A DNA stretch of 61,967 nucleotides, filler included, from Stramenopiles sp. TOSAG23-6 (lineage: Eukaryota), in the NCBI GenBank assembly GCA_900128565.1. It is 21 parts of 21 records of this genome, joined end to end, with 100 filler letters (N's around TTAATTAATTAA, not from the genome) between each part and the next. Parts side by side here need not be neighbours in the genome. Positions count along the whole stretch, not along the records: positions 23,723 to 26,584 come from LT637786.1; positions 26,685 to 29,545 come from LT637787.1; positions 29,646 to 32,505 come from LT637788.1; positions 32,606 to 35,460 come from LT637789.1; 17 more parts are not named here. One strand, 5' to 3'. Both the position numbers and the translations under genes were made by a program. Of this stretch, positions 23,781 to 35,560 are shown in pieces. How positions within the stretch are numbered: the stretch's first letter is position 1; every line of letters begins with the position of its first letter. The notes beneath the pieces were generated by a model. That model saw nothing but the letters and a program-made list of their open reading frames with translations, searched no databases and was not told where the DNA came from.

Positions 23781-24491
23781 ATGACAAAGGATAACGCTAG
23801 CCATTCTCTTTTGTTTCTTTCATCAGATGAAGATGAAGATATTCCACCTCCCTCAGATTTATTTGGATCATCAAGTGATAGCGAGTCTGATATATTTGAC
23901 CTTTTAATCAAATCGTCAATCCAATACAATACAAAAGTGAAAGGACTTTCAATAGTTAATAATTTCCTTTCACTGCAACAACAGCATACACTTGTGCAAG
24001 AAATTAAAGCAGCTGGATGGTTTATAGATAAAAAGAATCAAATGTTTGCCTTTGGTTATGATAATTTACCCCCATTTATTAAAGCTTTAGGTGTAAAAGT
24101 TTCACAAGTTGCAGGCTTTTTTACTAGTAAACTCCGAAATAGACGTCCTCTTTTCGATCAAATGATTGTACATGAATATGGACCTGGCGAAAGTATATGC
24201 CCACATATCGATCAACTTCAGTATTGTGATGGTATTGCTACAATCTCATTGCTATCTCGCTGTGATATGGTATTTTCGAAAGAATCCAACAATAAAAAAG
24301 AATGTGAAGTTGTCAAATTAAAACCAGGCACTTTAGTTGGTTTACAGTCTTGTGCTCGGTATGAATGGAAACATTCAATAAATAATGTAAAAACTCGACG
24401 TAGATCAATTACATTACGCAAATTTCTACCATTTGATCAAAGACCAAAGAGAAAAGTTACAGAGTTTTCTACTATTCAATTAAAAAACTAA
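23781..24491 (+). CDS. AlkB-family 2OG-Fe(II) dioxygenase
   Basis: DQMIVHEY..PHID..WKHSI..RRSITLR. Confidence 0.9.
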   Translation: MTKDNASHSLLFLSSDEDEDIPPPSDLFGSSSDSESDIFDLLIKSSIQYNTKVKGLSIVNNFLSLQQQHTLVQEIKAAGWFIDKKNQMFAFGYDNLPPFIKALGVKVSQVAGFFTSKLRNRRPLFDQMIVHEYGPGESICPHIDQLQYCDGIATISLLSRCDMVFSKESNNKKECEVVKLKPGTLVGLQSCARYEWKHSINNVKTRRRSITLRKFLPFDQRPKRKVTEFSTIQLKN

Positions 24492-24737
24492 GAGAAATCT
24501 CTACAACCAATTATATTATAAACTTATTATTATTATTATTCTGATTCTTATTACAAAAAAGTACTTTTTAGATAAAATTAGTCATTTCGTTGAATTGTTT
24601 ATATTTATTAAAATAATCAATGACTAAAATTATTTTTTATAGTGTCTATTTCTATTCTATTGTGTTTTACTTTTTACTTTTTTTGTTCTATTGTATTGCG
24701 TACCAAGTAGTTTTTTTTATACAATATTTACCATGAC

Positions 24738-25310
24738 TTATTTATTGTATTTTGACCTTGCCTTTTTCAACATCATCTTTACATATTTTTTATACGACGT
24801 TGCTGCTACAATTTGTTTCAAAAAACGTTTGTTTTTTATGTCATTACACGCCGCAATGGCAACAATTTTGTATATACTTTCTGCGGAATCGAATCCTTCA
24901 GATTCTGCAAATTGTTGCAATTGTTCGTTCATGAGTCCTTCAAATGTTTTAAATGAATTATACCATTCTAGATTTTGTTCCCCATTAGCAACATTAGTAA
25001 TTGTTCCATGTTTTGATTCAGATATCTTTGACTTAAAAAGTGATATATTTGATTTGTAAAATTCGTCAAATTTGGAAATCATGACACTAAATACAAATGT
25101 ATAAAGCTTGCGCAACACTTTTGAGTCTTCTGTTATATCAACTTTACCACAATAACCTAAACTTTTCCATTTCTTTCGCTTTTCAGACTGACTGAGATTA
25201 TTTTTTGATTTTACGACATCATCTTTTAAAATATCGACACTTCTATTCTTACTTTCCCATTCTCCAGTGGTTTGTTTTGAATCCAAGCTATGATTCACCT
25301 CACCTGGCAT
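24738..25310 (-). CDS. ARL2-binding BART-domain protein
   Basis: EQNLEWYNSFKTFEGLMNEQLQQF..IVAATSYKKYVKMM resembles the BART domain. Confidence 0.6.
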   Translation of the reverse strand: MPGEVNHSLDSKQTTGEWESKNRSVDILKDDVVKSKNNLSQSEKRKKWKSLGYCGKVDITEDSKVLRKLYTFVFSVMISKFDEFYKSNISLFKSKISESKHGTITNVANGEQNLEWYNSFKTFEGLMNEQLQQFAESEGFDSAESIYKIVAIAACNDIKNKRFLKQIVAATSYKKYVKMMLKKARSKYNK

Positions 25311-25644
25311 CCCTTTAAGATTTCAGCAGCATCAAAGAGTGTCATTCGTTCTAATAATAGTCATCATGACTAAGGAAAATATTTCCACGTAAAGTTTTTA
25401 AAACGGAAAACCGTTGTTGTACCTGCTTGACCGTTTTGTTGGTTTTGGTACGGAAAAATGGTACGGAATTTTGATGTGGAAACCAGTCAGATTCATGACT
25501 CTTGTCCAACTAAAAGGTAGCAACTGCACTAACTGCACTCGCACTAACTATCCTTATAGTACCTGTATTTAGTGTTTGTGCAAATTATAATCATACGTAT
25601 TCCATTATCTAGTAATATCATTATATTTAGTTTTATATAGAATA

Positions 25645-26100
25645 ATGTCAAACTCAACTAGCCACTTTGATAAGAGTGAATCTCAAGAAAATGAATCGAC
25701 AAATCACACAAATAGTACAGATAAAAACACCATAGTCCGAGAGGATAAGCGAGAAAACATGATTCGCCAAATGTTTATTACCTTTGATCAAGACCAAGAC
25801 GGTCATTTGAACTACGAAGAGTCTGGTTTATTTCAGTGGATTACGGATGGTAATATGCTTCCTCCTATGATTTGGGATATGGTGTGTGAGAAAGTTGGTG
25901 TTGCAAATAAGGAAATGGGTATGTCATTTACCGAATTCCGTAGTACTTACATGAACGAAACACTGGCAAAGGAACTTGATGCAGATCTCGTTGCGGATTA
26001 TAGACAATTTGTGAAATGGAAAGTACAAAAAGCACAAAAAGCAAAAAACGCAGAAGCATCAAAACCCCCTCCAATTATGAAACTTGAAGACGCAAAATAA
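25645..26100 (+). CDS. EF-hand protein
   Basis: FDQDQDGHLNYEE EF-hand loop. Confidence 0.75.
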   Translation: MSNSTSHFDKSESQENESTNHTNSTDKNTIVREDKRENMIRQMFITFDQDQDGHLNYEESGLFQWITDGNMLPPMIWDMVCEKVGVANKEMGMSFTEFRSTYMNETLAKELDADLVADYRQFVKWKVQKAQKAKNAEASKPPPIMKLEDAK

Positions 26101-26275
26101 TATAAGTTTATCCAAATTAAAAATCATTTATTTTCTAAGCCAAAAATTTATTTTNNNNNNNNNNNNNNNNNNNNNNNNNNNNNNNNNNNNNNNNNNNNNN
26201 NNNNNNNNNNNNNNNNNNNNNNNNNNNNNNNNNNNNNNNNNNNNNNNNNNNNNNNNNNNNNNNNNNNNNNNNNNN

Positions 26276-26584
26276 ACAGGAACACCTTCTAATTCTGCTT
26301 CCCTTTCCGTATATTCCGATTTTTTCAAGACTTGCCACCATGTGCCTTCTGGATCAACTGCAAAAAAATATTGCTGTCCATCAAAATCTTGATATCTACC
26401 AGACTTTCCCTGTTTAGTTCCTTTCATAGCAACCATTACACCAGCGTCTTTTGCTTGTTTCATTAAATTCACACGACTTCGATCAATAAAACCACGTATA
26501 GTCGACTGTAATTTAATAATTGCGATTTCGTTCATTTCTTTATTTGAATTATTTAATTCATTTGCTTTAGGCAATTCACAACTT
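26276..26584 (-). CDS. IQ-motif protein fragment
   Basis: IIKLQSTIRGFIDR. Confidence 0.6.
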
Positions 26585-26684
26585 NNNNNNNNNNNNNNNN
26601 NNNNNNNNNNNNNNNNNNNNNNNNNNNNTTAATTAATTAANNNNNNNNNNNNNNNNNNNNNNNNNNNNNNNNNNNNNNNNNNNN

Positions 26685-26980
26685 TCCGGACTTTCTATAT
26701 CCTGTATTATGTCCAGTGCTAACTCGTAAAAGGGGACCTGTGCGCTCAAGCCTGATAGGTTGAAATTATCTTGAATAAAAGCCTCCTCTACTTCGCAAAA
26801 AAATTCATTCCCTTTCAGTCCACAATACCACGTTATCCACGATTCAATCTCTTCGTCTGAATCCGAGAGTTCGCTATCATCTAACCGTTCCCCGTGAACA
26901 TCATCCACTGGGTAATTCGATGGGCCACCGTCCTCCCCCCACGTTTGATTCACACCACCTGACCTGTTCCACTGCGACAT
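26685..26980 (-). CDS. CSNK2B: Casein kinase II regulatory subunit beta, 3' partial
   Basis: [32 protein letters not shown]. Confidence 0.95.
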
Positions 26981-29134
26981 ACGCTGCCACTACCAACCAA
27001 CCGTGGTGTAGTGTATATATGTAAAACCGACGAAAGACGAACACACGCGTGAATAAGCGAGAGTTGCTTCTTTGTTCTTTTCTTTATCTCTGATCTCAAG
27101 ACTCTATCTGGTTTATCTTTGATTTCGTCTGTCACTCTCACTTACTCAGGTGTCTGTATGCGATTATTTAATTGTCATCATGAAGTAATAATAATTTTTA
27201 TTCAGAAGAAGAAAAAAAGGAAGAAGAAGAAGAAGAAAAAGAAGAAAGAGAAAAAAAAGAAAAAAAACAACAACCATCACATCATCATAGTTACAGTAGT
27301 CCTATTACATATTATTATAGAAAGTATTAATCAATTAAATAATAATAATAATAATATAAAATAATAAATACGAAATACTACAGAGTATTAATACTGTACG
27401 TGGGTGGGGGGGTGGATTTAGATTTTATAAAATTCAAATCAAAATAAAGGACTACTATGAGCCAACGTTTGAGTAAGTATAAACTCTTCTATTTAAAATT
27501 AAAATTGGAACCTGATCTGATACGGTATTAGATGTATTATATTAATACCGTAGTTAAAAGAATAATAACGTTTATAGTAATATTAATATTTATTAAGGTC
27601 TCTTTAAGCTTAAGCTTTTTACACTATACTTATTTTATTAACATAATATAATGGTTTAAATTTACTTACAATCACTTTAATTTTCTTATATTTACTTATT
27701 CTACTCTCTCCTTTTTCTTCTTCTCCTATTTATTATTTAAGTTATAGTACGGATGCGACGCCAGTCTATCAAAACAACAACTGATTTGATTTTTATGGAT
27801 GATGATGGATATAGATATAGATGAGGAATAATGTCACATTATAAAAAAAAAAAAAAGAAGAAGAAGAATTATTACTGTACGAGGTTGGTAGAGGGTAGGG
27901 TTACTATTACATTAAAATAAGAAGAAGAAGAAGAAGAAGAAGAAAGAAAATTTATTATTATATTATTATTTATTTTATTATTATAAATCTAATTATTATT
28001 ATTATTTATAATATTATTTATTTTTTCTTATAATTAATTAGCTTATTAACTCGTTCGGAGTCCTGTGCGGTACCGGTACATATGCCGTTCGTTCTGCAAT
28101 GGCAGGGCGCCAACGTTGGTTTGTAATAGCACTTGGCCCCGACNNNNNNNNNNNNNNNNNNNNNNNNNNNNNNNNNNNNNNNNNNNNNNNNNNNNNNNNN
28201 NNNNNNNNNNNNNNNNNNNNNNNNNNNNNNNNNNNNNNNNNNNNNNCGCAGGTTTTCGAAAGGGAGTGACAACTGTTATACATTTTGAGAGCGGGGTGGT
28301 AGAGAGAGCAACGATATACCAATTTTATTGCTTATTTTGTGGCTCTGGTTCGACCAGCCCAACTGTGAATTTATAGAGAGTAAGCTTCTGCAACTACGTG
28401 ATGTCGAATCAGTGCAAGCACAACCCGTTTTGTGACATGGAAGTGTTTATTGCTGTGTCTTGGGTAATTTTTGGTTTGGCGCACGCGTGTGGTCTGAGTG
28501 GTCTTATCTATCTTTGGGTTACCCCTGCTGTTACGAANNNNNNNNNNNNNNNNNNNNNNNNNNNNAACCGTCTCCAAGAAGGTCTTTTAGACCACGAAGT
28601 CAAACCAGAAGAGACGGCCTGAGACTAGACGGGGTTGCAGCCTCGAAGTTTTGTTCTGTAGATAAATGGAGTTGGAAATTACGAGTATACCACAGTTTTG
28701 AAATGTTTTTTTTTATATAAGAATTAAGATAAAAGAAAAAGTAGAGTTCCTATCATAATTTTAAAAAACAAATTATATAGTATGTTTTAAGACTCTCATT
28801 TTCTATCATAATTTTATAACATTAATTTTATGCACGCCACACCCCAAATACCACACAGGCTTTTCAAAAGGACAGAGAAGAATCCAATTTTCTATAACTG
28901 TTGTTTCCCTACTTTCGTTTTGAGGCAGCAGCAGATAGGATTCAGGGAGGTGAGTTGGCTCTTGAACCGCATTTGCCCCCATTTTAATACGAAGTATAAA
29001 CAGAGCATCATACTATATCATTAGTTTTTTTTTTTAAACAGAGCATCATTACATTTTTTTTTTATTTCCCAATACAAAATTCTTGAAACAACGCATCAAG
29101 GACATCTTCCACCTGAACGGTGCCTGTTAGTTTC

Positions 29135-29545
29135 TCAAGCGCCGTAGAAGCCATGCGCAATTCTTCGGCAGCCAGTTCCAACTGTCCGTGGNNNNNNNNN
29201 NNNNNNNNNNNNNNNNNNNNNNNNNNNNNNNNNNCTGATGCACTTTAACTGCTTCAAAGCGGTCGATAAACAGTCCAACGTCTCGACGAGGCGTTTTTTC
29301 TGCCGTGCACGAGATATAACCAAAGACTCTTTCCCAGAAATTGCTCCGAAATCTTGGGCGTTTGAGGGGCCAATCTGCTGCATCAATTGCTCCTTAAAAA
29401 TGTCGATTCCAGTGTCGTCGTGGCAAGATACCAAAGCCATCGGTACCCTTTCAATCCTGTCCACTCCGTGTTGCATGAAAAATTCCCGGACAAGGGGACC
29501 GACGGCATCTTGCTGCCCGCCGTCTTCCACGGCCACGGGGGGGGG
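29135..29545 (-). CDS. tRNA modification GTPase MnmE/GTPBP3 C-terminal fragment
   Basis: VSC....[14 protein letters not shown]...LDCL, then ELAAEELRM after the gap. Confidence 0.6.
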   Translation of the reverse strand, partial: PPPVAVEDGGQQDAVGPLVREFFMQHGVDRIERVPMALVSCHDDTGIDIFKEQLMQQIGPSNAQDFGAISGKESLVISRARQKKRLVETLDCLSTALKQLKCIXXXXXXXXXXXXXXXPRTVGTGCRRIAHGFYGA

Positions 29546-29904
29546 NNNNNNNNNNNNNNNNNNNNNNNNNNNNNNNNNNNNNNNNNNNNTTAATTAATTA
29601 ANNNNNNNNNNNNNNNNNNNNNNNNNNNNNNNNNNNNNNNNNNNNTGGACTTCAGATTTATCAGGACTTTTGGATATTTGGCCACGAAACGGGTGGGCCG
29701 AATGTGCCATGAAATTGTATCAGGCAAATAAAGTGATTGTTAAATCTCGAAAAGAAGACCAAAAATTGCGTGATCTCCAATATCCAGACCGTACTTTAGG
29801 TGTTCCTCGTACTGTTGAAGATGTTTGTGGTATAGTCATTGATGATGTTGATGCTGCTGCTGGTGAGTCGAAAGTGTAGAAATGTGATACATACAGCAAT
29901 AGAC

Positions 29905-30040
29905 AAATTAGGAAAAATTAGGAAGAATAAAAAAATTAGGAAAAATAAAAAAACAATAAAAAAATTAGGAAAAATAAAAAAGAATAAAAAAATTAGGAAA
30001 AATAAAAAAATAATAAAAACATTAATAAAAATAAAAAAAT
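29905..30040 (+). repeat. A-rich degenerate tandem repeat (AAAAATTAGG/AAAAATAAAA units)
   Basis: Direct inspection. Confidence 0.7.
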
Positions 30041-30134
30041 GCATATAATTTATACAATCATTTTACACATACGCAATGTAAAGAAATATCCTTCTCATTT
30101 TCTTGGTTTACTAGGTTTGTACTTGAATGGTATG

Positions 30135-32339
30135 CTAATTTTGTTTTCGTTTTCTTGGTTTACTAGGTTTGTACTTGAATGGTATCCTACAATATTCAGA
30201 AGATTTGTTCCTCAACATTTTTGCTAATATATCAATATAAGCATATAAAGCTTCACGTCCACTTTCAGTCTTTGGTCGTCCTTCTGGTGGATCGATTCCA
30301 AGAATAGAATCAGTCTTCTTATTCACAAGTACATTCGTTCTTAGATATTTCGCGACTGAATTGAGCAATTCTTCAACTTGTTCATGGTATTCGTTATCAT
30401 CTGTCCAATACGATCGTGCCATTGACTCAACTAAAGCCAAGAGAGTGCATAATCTATTATGTGGACTCATTGGTCGCCTTGCGACTTCAAATTCAGCCTT
30501 GTATAACCACATTTTGAGATTGCCAGTATCCGTATTGCCCTTATCCAAACGTTTGCGAATATCATTTGACTCACCATCTCCCCAACTACAATGGTTTAAA
30601 ACACGAGCATGGATAGTTTCAAAAGTTGAAGGCAGCCACAGGACGTGAGTATTTGATGGTAACTGCATTATTTCTTCTTCATCTTCTTCTTCTTCCGACA
30701 TTTTCTTATTTGCTTTCAGAAGCAGCAATTGCGATGCAATGCATGAACAGTCATCATCATCATCATCATCTTCTTCTTCTTCTTCATCACTGTTTTCATT
30801 GTGTTCCTTTGGTATGGATTTTTCTATAAACATGTAACATCGTTTTGTTGCTTCAGATATGTCTTCAATTTCTTTTTCCCATACTTTAGATTTTTCTTTC
30901 ATTTCTTTCATTTCTTTTTTTTCTTTTTTTTTGTTGGATTTTTCTTTTTGAGGTGGTATATACAGTAATTCAAAGGCAATGGCACTACCACCTTCTGGAA
31001 TCGAAAAGTGTGGCATCTTACCAATGACATCATCAACAGGTCCATTTAGTTTAAAATTTATATTTTCTTCACAAACTGTACCAACACAACCTGCCATTCT
31101 ATATGAAACAAAATGCTCCCAATGATCAAAAATATCCTTTATTTCATCATCACGTGAATATTCTCTTTTCATCAAAAGAATAAATTCGCTAGGGTTAGTA
31201 CATTTAGTAGAGTTAGTAGGGTTAGTAGGTTTGTCGTCAAGATTCTCAAGAGTAAATGATTCCACCTTTTGTTTCTTCTTTGGTGGTTGTTCTTTGGTGG
31301 TCTTTATCACATTCTCATCATTTTTCGAGTTTTTATTCTTCATCACATTCTCATCATTTTTCAAGTTTTTATTCTTCATCACATTCTCATCATTTTTCAA
31401 GTTTTCGTTTGTAGACCTTGCAGCAATGGAAGTACCAGAGCTTTGCAGTGATAGCCAATATCGATAATTACTCAAGGTTTTGCATGTAGCTTTTGCTAAC
31501 TTTTCACAATCTGGTCGACGTAAGGATTCATCACTGAGAAAATTCTTAGCGTCTTCCTCAGATGAAAACAAATGACCAACTGCAAGATGCTGTATGAATT
31601 TGCGAGGAATAAGTAACTGAACTTGAAGTGTATCTGGAGACTGAGTATAGAACACATTTTTTGCCACATCGCACGGTTCAGCAGGATATGACGGATGCCA
31701 AGCAATCTCACTACAAATGGATTCTTTACTAATGGAGTCTAACCACTGTGCTTTTTCAAGAAAGGTTGAAGGGTTACTGAGATTTTTTTCCCACCTTCTT
31801 ATATATGACTCGTCATTTACACAATCTTGGACAACTTCATATTTATCAGAAATAATGAATGGTTCTGATGTTTTCACACATCGCTCGACGTAACGAGTAC
31901 GGCGACAATCGGGTGTATTTGGCAAGACGTCGTCAATGATTGCCATACACTGCATTTTCGTTGTCTTGAGATGACGCAGATCTTTCGTTATACAAACTTC
32001 ACGCTCCGCCTCAATCACCTTTGCGCGCTTCTTTGGCCTCACAGATTTTGGAACGCGTTTGGGCAGACTAAAATTGATCTTCTTCAGTTTCCCACTAGTA
32101 TAAGTGGGAGTGGTCTGAAGAAGATCTTTTTCNNNNNNNNNNNNNNNNNNNNNNTGAAGAAGATCTTTTTCAATCGGAGACGAAAAAGACGAAGCTTCTC
32201 GTCGCTTTTTTTCTTCCTCCAATAAACGAATTATGGAAAGGTTCCTCTCTTTATTAGCTTCCAACTGTGCAATTTTGAGGAGCAACTCCTTAACATTAAC
32301 ATTATCTCCATTACTTTTGGGCACAATTGTTGATAGCAT
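30135..32339 (-). CDS. Hypothetical 734-aa protein with acidic tracts and a 33-bp tandem repeat (KNDENVMKNKN)
   Basis: Long intronless ORF. Confidence 0.75.
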   Translation of the reverse strand: MLSTIVPKSNGDNVNVKELLLKIAQLEANKERNLSIIRLLEEEKKRREASSFSSPIEKDLLXXXXXXXXEKDLLQTTPTYTSGKLKKINFSLPKRVPKSVRPKKRAKVIEAEREVCITKDLRHLKTTKMQCMAIIDDVLPNTPDCRRTRYVERCVKTSEPFIISDKYEVVQDCVNDESYIRRWEKNLSNPSTFLEKAQWLDSISKESICSEIAWHPSYPAEPCDVAKNVFYTQSPDTLQVQLLIPRKFIQHLAVGHLFSSEEDAKNFLSDESLRRPDCEKLAKATCKTLSNYRYWLSLQSSGTSIAARSTNENLKNDENVMKNKNLKNDENVMKNKNSKNDENVIKTTKEQPPKKKQKVESFTLENLDDKPTNPTNSTKCTNPSEFILLMKREYSRDDEIKDIFDHWEHFVSYRMAGCVGTVCEENINFKLNGPVDDVIGKMPHFSIPEGGSAIAFELLYIPPQKEKSNKKKEKKEMKEMKEKSKVWEKEIEDISEATKRCYMFIEKSIPKEHNENSDEEEEEDDDDDDDCSCIASQLLLLKANKKMSEEEEDEEEIMQLPSNTHVLWLPSTFETIHARVLNHCSWGDGESNDIRKRLDKGNTDTGNLKMWLYKAEFEVARRPMSPHNRLCTLLALVESMARSYWTDDNEYHEQVEELLNSVAKYLRTNVLVNKKTDSILGIDPPEGRPKTESGREALYAYIDILAKMLRNKSSEYCRIPFKYKPSKPRKRKQN

Positions 32340-32949
32340 GGTATTTCTGAGCTTGAGAGTGAAGAAAGCATAACTTATGTTTTACTATTCTGGCCAGCGC
32401 TTTCTTTTATGTCATTTGAAAAACACGTGTGACTTAAACATGTGTGATACCCGGTACCTACTAATCCGGTACAAAAAATATTCAGCGTATATAAATCCAA
32501 AAACCNNNNNNNNNNNNNNNNNNNNNNNNNNNNNNNNNNNNNNNNNNNNTTAATTAATTAANNNNNNNNNNNNNNNNNNNNNNNNNNNNNNNNNNNNNNN
32601 NNNNNGTACGAAATTTTGTACCTAACGAATTTTTTTTGAAATATTTTTCCAAAATACATTGTTTTGAAAGTGACGGTTCGTTTATGAAATTGTTTAAGAA
32701 AGTTCAGTAGCTCAATTCAACAGCGATAGTAATAGTTTAATATAGTCACGAGATAGTTTGTAAGGATATATATATATACATACATAAGACACATAGATAT
32801 TCATTATTCATCAAAGGAAGGAAAAAAAAAAATGTTTTGTTAGGTACAAAATTTCGTATGAAAATATATTTTGAGTGTAAATTATAAATTAGTCGTAAAC
32901 TCTTTTCTTTTTTCGTTTATTTAGTTCGTAGAGAATGAAATGACTACAA

Positions 32950-33774
32950 TCAGTCAAGTTTCTTTACAGTTCTTCTCACCTTTTGTGTTAGCTTCACTTT
33001 GTCAGCTTCTTTTTTCATACTTTGAGATACATCTTTTTCTATTTTTTGTTCGTTTTGTTTCTTCTGCGCTAATTGTGTTGTAGTTTTGGTTTTGCGATTT
33101 TTTTGATGTTCGAGCTGAGTAACTAGTTTTGAAGTATTCATCAAAATGAATACAGCAATACATAAACCAGCAAATATTCCAGTACATGTGTATACAATAA
33201 AATTACTGTTATCAGTTAATAAAAAGTTGTCTTCTTCTTGCATTCTTCTGGACCACTCGTCAAAGTCGATATCATCAATAGGTTTGATATCCTCAACAGG
33301 TTGATTCATTATATTGTAACGTTTTCCCATCGTATTGTGTCGAGAAGGATTGCGATTTTCTTTATCCTGCTTCGGAGGAGATCGTTTATTCTCTACAGTT
33401 GTCGCAGTATCTTGCTTGTTACCGCAGGTGCCATTTTCTTGTGTACAGACGTCATCGCTTTTTGTTTTATCTTGGGGTTCACTCATCTTTCTATTTTTCT
33501 TTACATTTTTTCTCTTTTTCTTGGCAACAGGGAGACACTTACAGTCGTCACATGAAACTTTGTAGAAAGACAAACCATGACCATGCTCACAGCCGGAGCC
33601 AACACAAGCATCGTGACCTTCCCGTGTACAAAGGCATTCTCCCATAGCAAGGGGTGTACCTTCTATGCACCAGCTTGTATCACCCTTTGACCAATCCTTT
33701 TGCCCTTTTGGAACTGCATACCCAGACACTTGATAAAATATAAGACTCACGCCAATTATACGAAACAGCATCAT
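32950..33774 (-). CDS. Signal-peptide, Cys-rich, single-pass membrane protein
   Basis: Hydrophobic N-terminus, Cys cluster, TM FIVYTCTGIFAGLCIAVFIL. Confidence 0.75.
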   Translation of the reverse strand: MMLFRIIGVSLIFYQVSGYAVPKGQKDWSKGDTSWCIEGTPLAMGECLCTREGHDACVGSGCEHGHGLSFYKVSCDDCKCLPVAKKKRKNVKKNRKMSEPQDKTKSDDVCTQENGTCGNKQDTATTVENKRSPPKQDKENRNPSRHNTMGKRYNIMNQPVEDIKPIDDIDFDEWSRRMQEEDNFLLTDNSNFIVYTCTGIFAGLCIAVFILMNTSKLVTQLEHQKNRKTKTTTQLAQKKQNEQKIEKDVSQSMKKEADKVKLTQKVRRTVKKLD

Positions 33775-34116
33775 AATCTGATTTCAAAACCTTGAAAAAA
33801 ATAAAAAAACACTTGGAGAAAACAAAAAAAATAAATTGAATTTTCGAAATTTTTGTCTGAAAAAAAAGGAAAAAAATTTTGCGCAGTTTATTTGTACTAC
33901 TACGACTAGGGTTAGGGTTACCAGTTGTATTTATGAAACGGTTGCATATATACCTTTGTTGCATAAGTACTACTACTACGAGGCCCACTACAACCACTGA
34001 TATTGGTACTAGTATCAGTATAAAATTTACCTAAACTATGATATATCTCTGAAAATATGTTGCTTTTCTTGAAAAGTGTTTGAAGAAAAGAAAATAGTCT
34101 AGCACAGAGTTGCAGT

Positions 34117-34926
34117 ATGTTAAGACCAAGTTCGTCCTCCAAGGAGACTGACCTTTCTGAATTATTTGAAAACAAAATCGAAATATCGCGCCCAAACTCT
34201 CAAAGTAGGCAACGTATTACGAATAGTAGTGATTGTAATAATAACTTTGCTAATATTGAAGCGCGTGATTTACTTTATTCACTAAAGAGTAACACGACAG
34301 ATCCTGTAACGAAAATTATGAAACAAGTTGAACAAAATGATCATGATGCACTTTTATTAGCTGCAGAAAAAGGTATAATAAAGGACGTAGTTCATCTTCT
34401 CGATCGTGGTGTTGACCCAAGTGATTGTTTTGGTTTAGGACTGTTTACTCCACTTCATCACGCGTGCAATCGAGGACATTTATTGATTGCAAAATTGCTT
34501 GTTGACTCGGGTAGTGGTGTCAACGTTTGTAATAAATCTTTAGAAACTCCATTGCACCTTGCGGCATATAATGGACATTTATCAATAGTAGAGTTTCTTC
34601 TCGACAAAGGTGCTTCTATTGATTGTAAGACAGATTGTGAAGACACTCCTTTATTCTATAGTTCGAGGCGAGGGCATACTACCGTTATTCGTCAGCTGCT
34701 TCAACGCGGCGCCGATTCTACTTTACGAAATCGATTTGATGATCTTCCCATAAGCGAAGCTCGGACGGATCGGGTACGAAATGCGTTTACCGTTGAAGTA
34801 GTAGGAACAGCATTGAGTGAACGTGTTTTAGTTCAGGATATATTGCATCGATTATTACAGTTTTGTAATTCTCAAGAGCTATCTAGAGCAGCCTGTGTTT
34901 GTACGTTTTTATCATACCACATTTCA

Positions 34927-34959
<33 letters not shown>

Positions 34960-35379
34960 AGTTAATACCTAACGAATTTTTGTACACCAAAAAAAAACAA
35001 GTATTTTTTCACAATATATGCGGCCGTTGGCAACGTGCTGCGGAAGATAGAACTCTTTGGGATGCTCTTGGTGTAAAAAGGTGGGAACTATCTATACAAT
35101 ATCAAGTATCTGGTTTTAAGCCAGCTGCAATGGCGTCATATAGACCAGGTATAAAGAGTAGAACTCCTCCTCGAAGTTGTCGAAAACCAAACATTCGAAA
35201 TTTGTTAGGTACGACATTTGGTATAAAAACAATAGATTCGAAGTTGAAAAGAAATAAAATCGAAATTGAAACTAAAGTAGAAGTTCAACCACAACAACAT
35301 TCTGGAACTAAACGACCAAGTAGTGGTAGTAGTTCACCCTCTAGAAGGGAAAAGTTTGCGACTGATCTTCGGCATTCAT
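34117..35379 (+). CDS. Ankyrin-repeat + F-box protein, 3' partial; intron 34901-35019
   Basis: TPLHHAC/TPLHLAA/TPLFYSS ankyrins; F-box DILHRLLQF..LSRAACVC|GRWQRAAED..LW. Confidence 0.88.
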
Positions 35380-35560
35380 GTACGTTTTATATGAATTTCG
35401 AATTTATTTTTTTTTTCATACGAAATTTCGTACCTAACGATTTTTTTTTGAAATATTTTTNNNNNNNNNNNNNNNNNNNNNNNNNNNNNNNNNNNNNNNN
35501 NNNNTTAATTAATTAANNNNNNNNNNNNNNNNNNNNNNNNNNNNNNNNNNNNNNNNNNNN

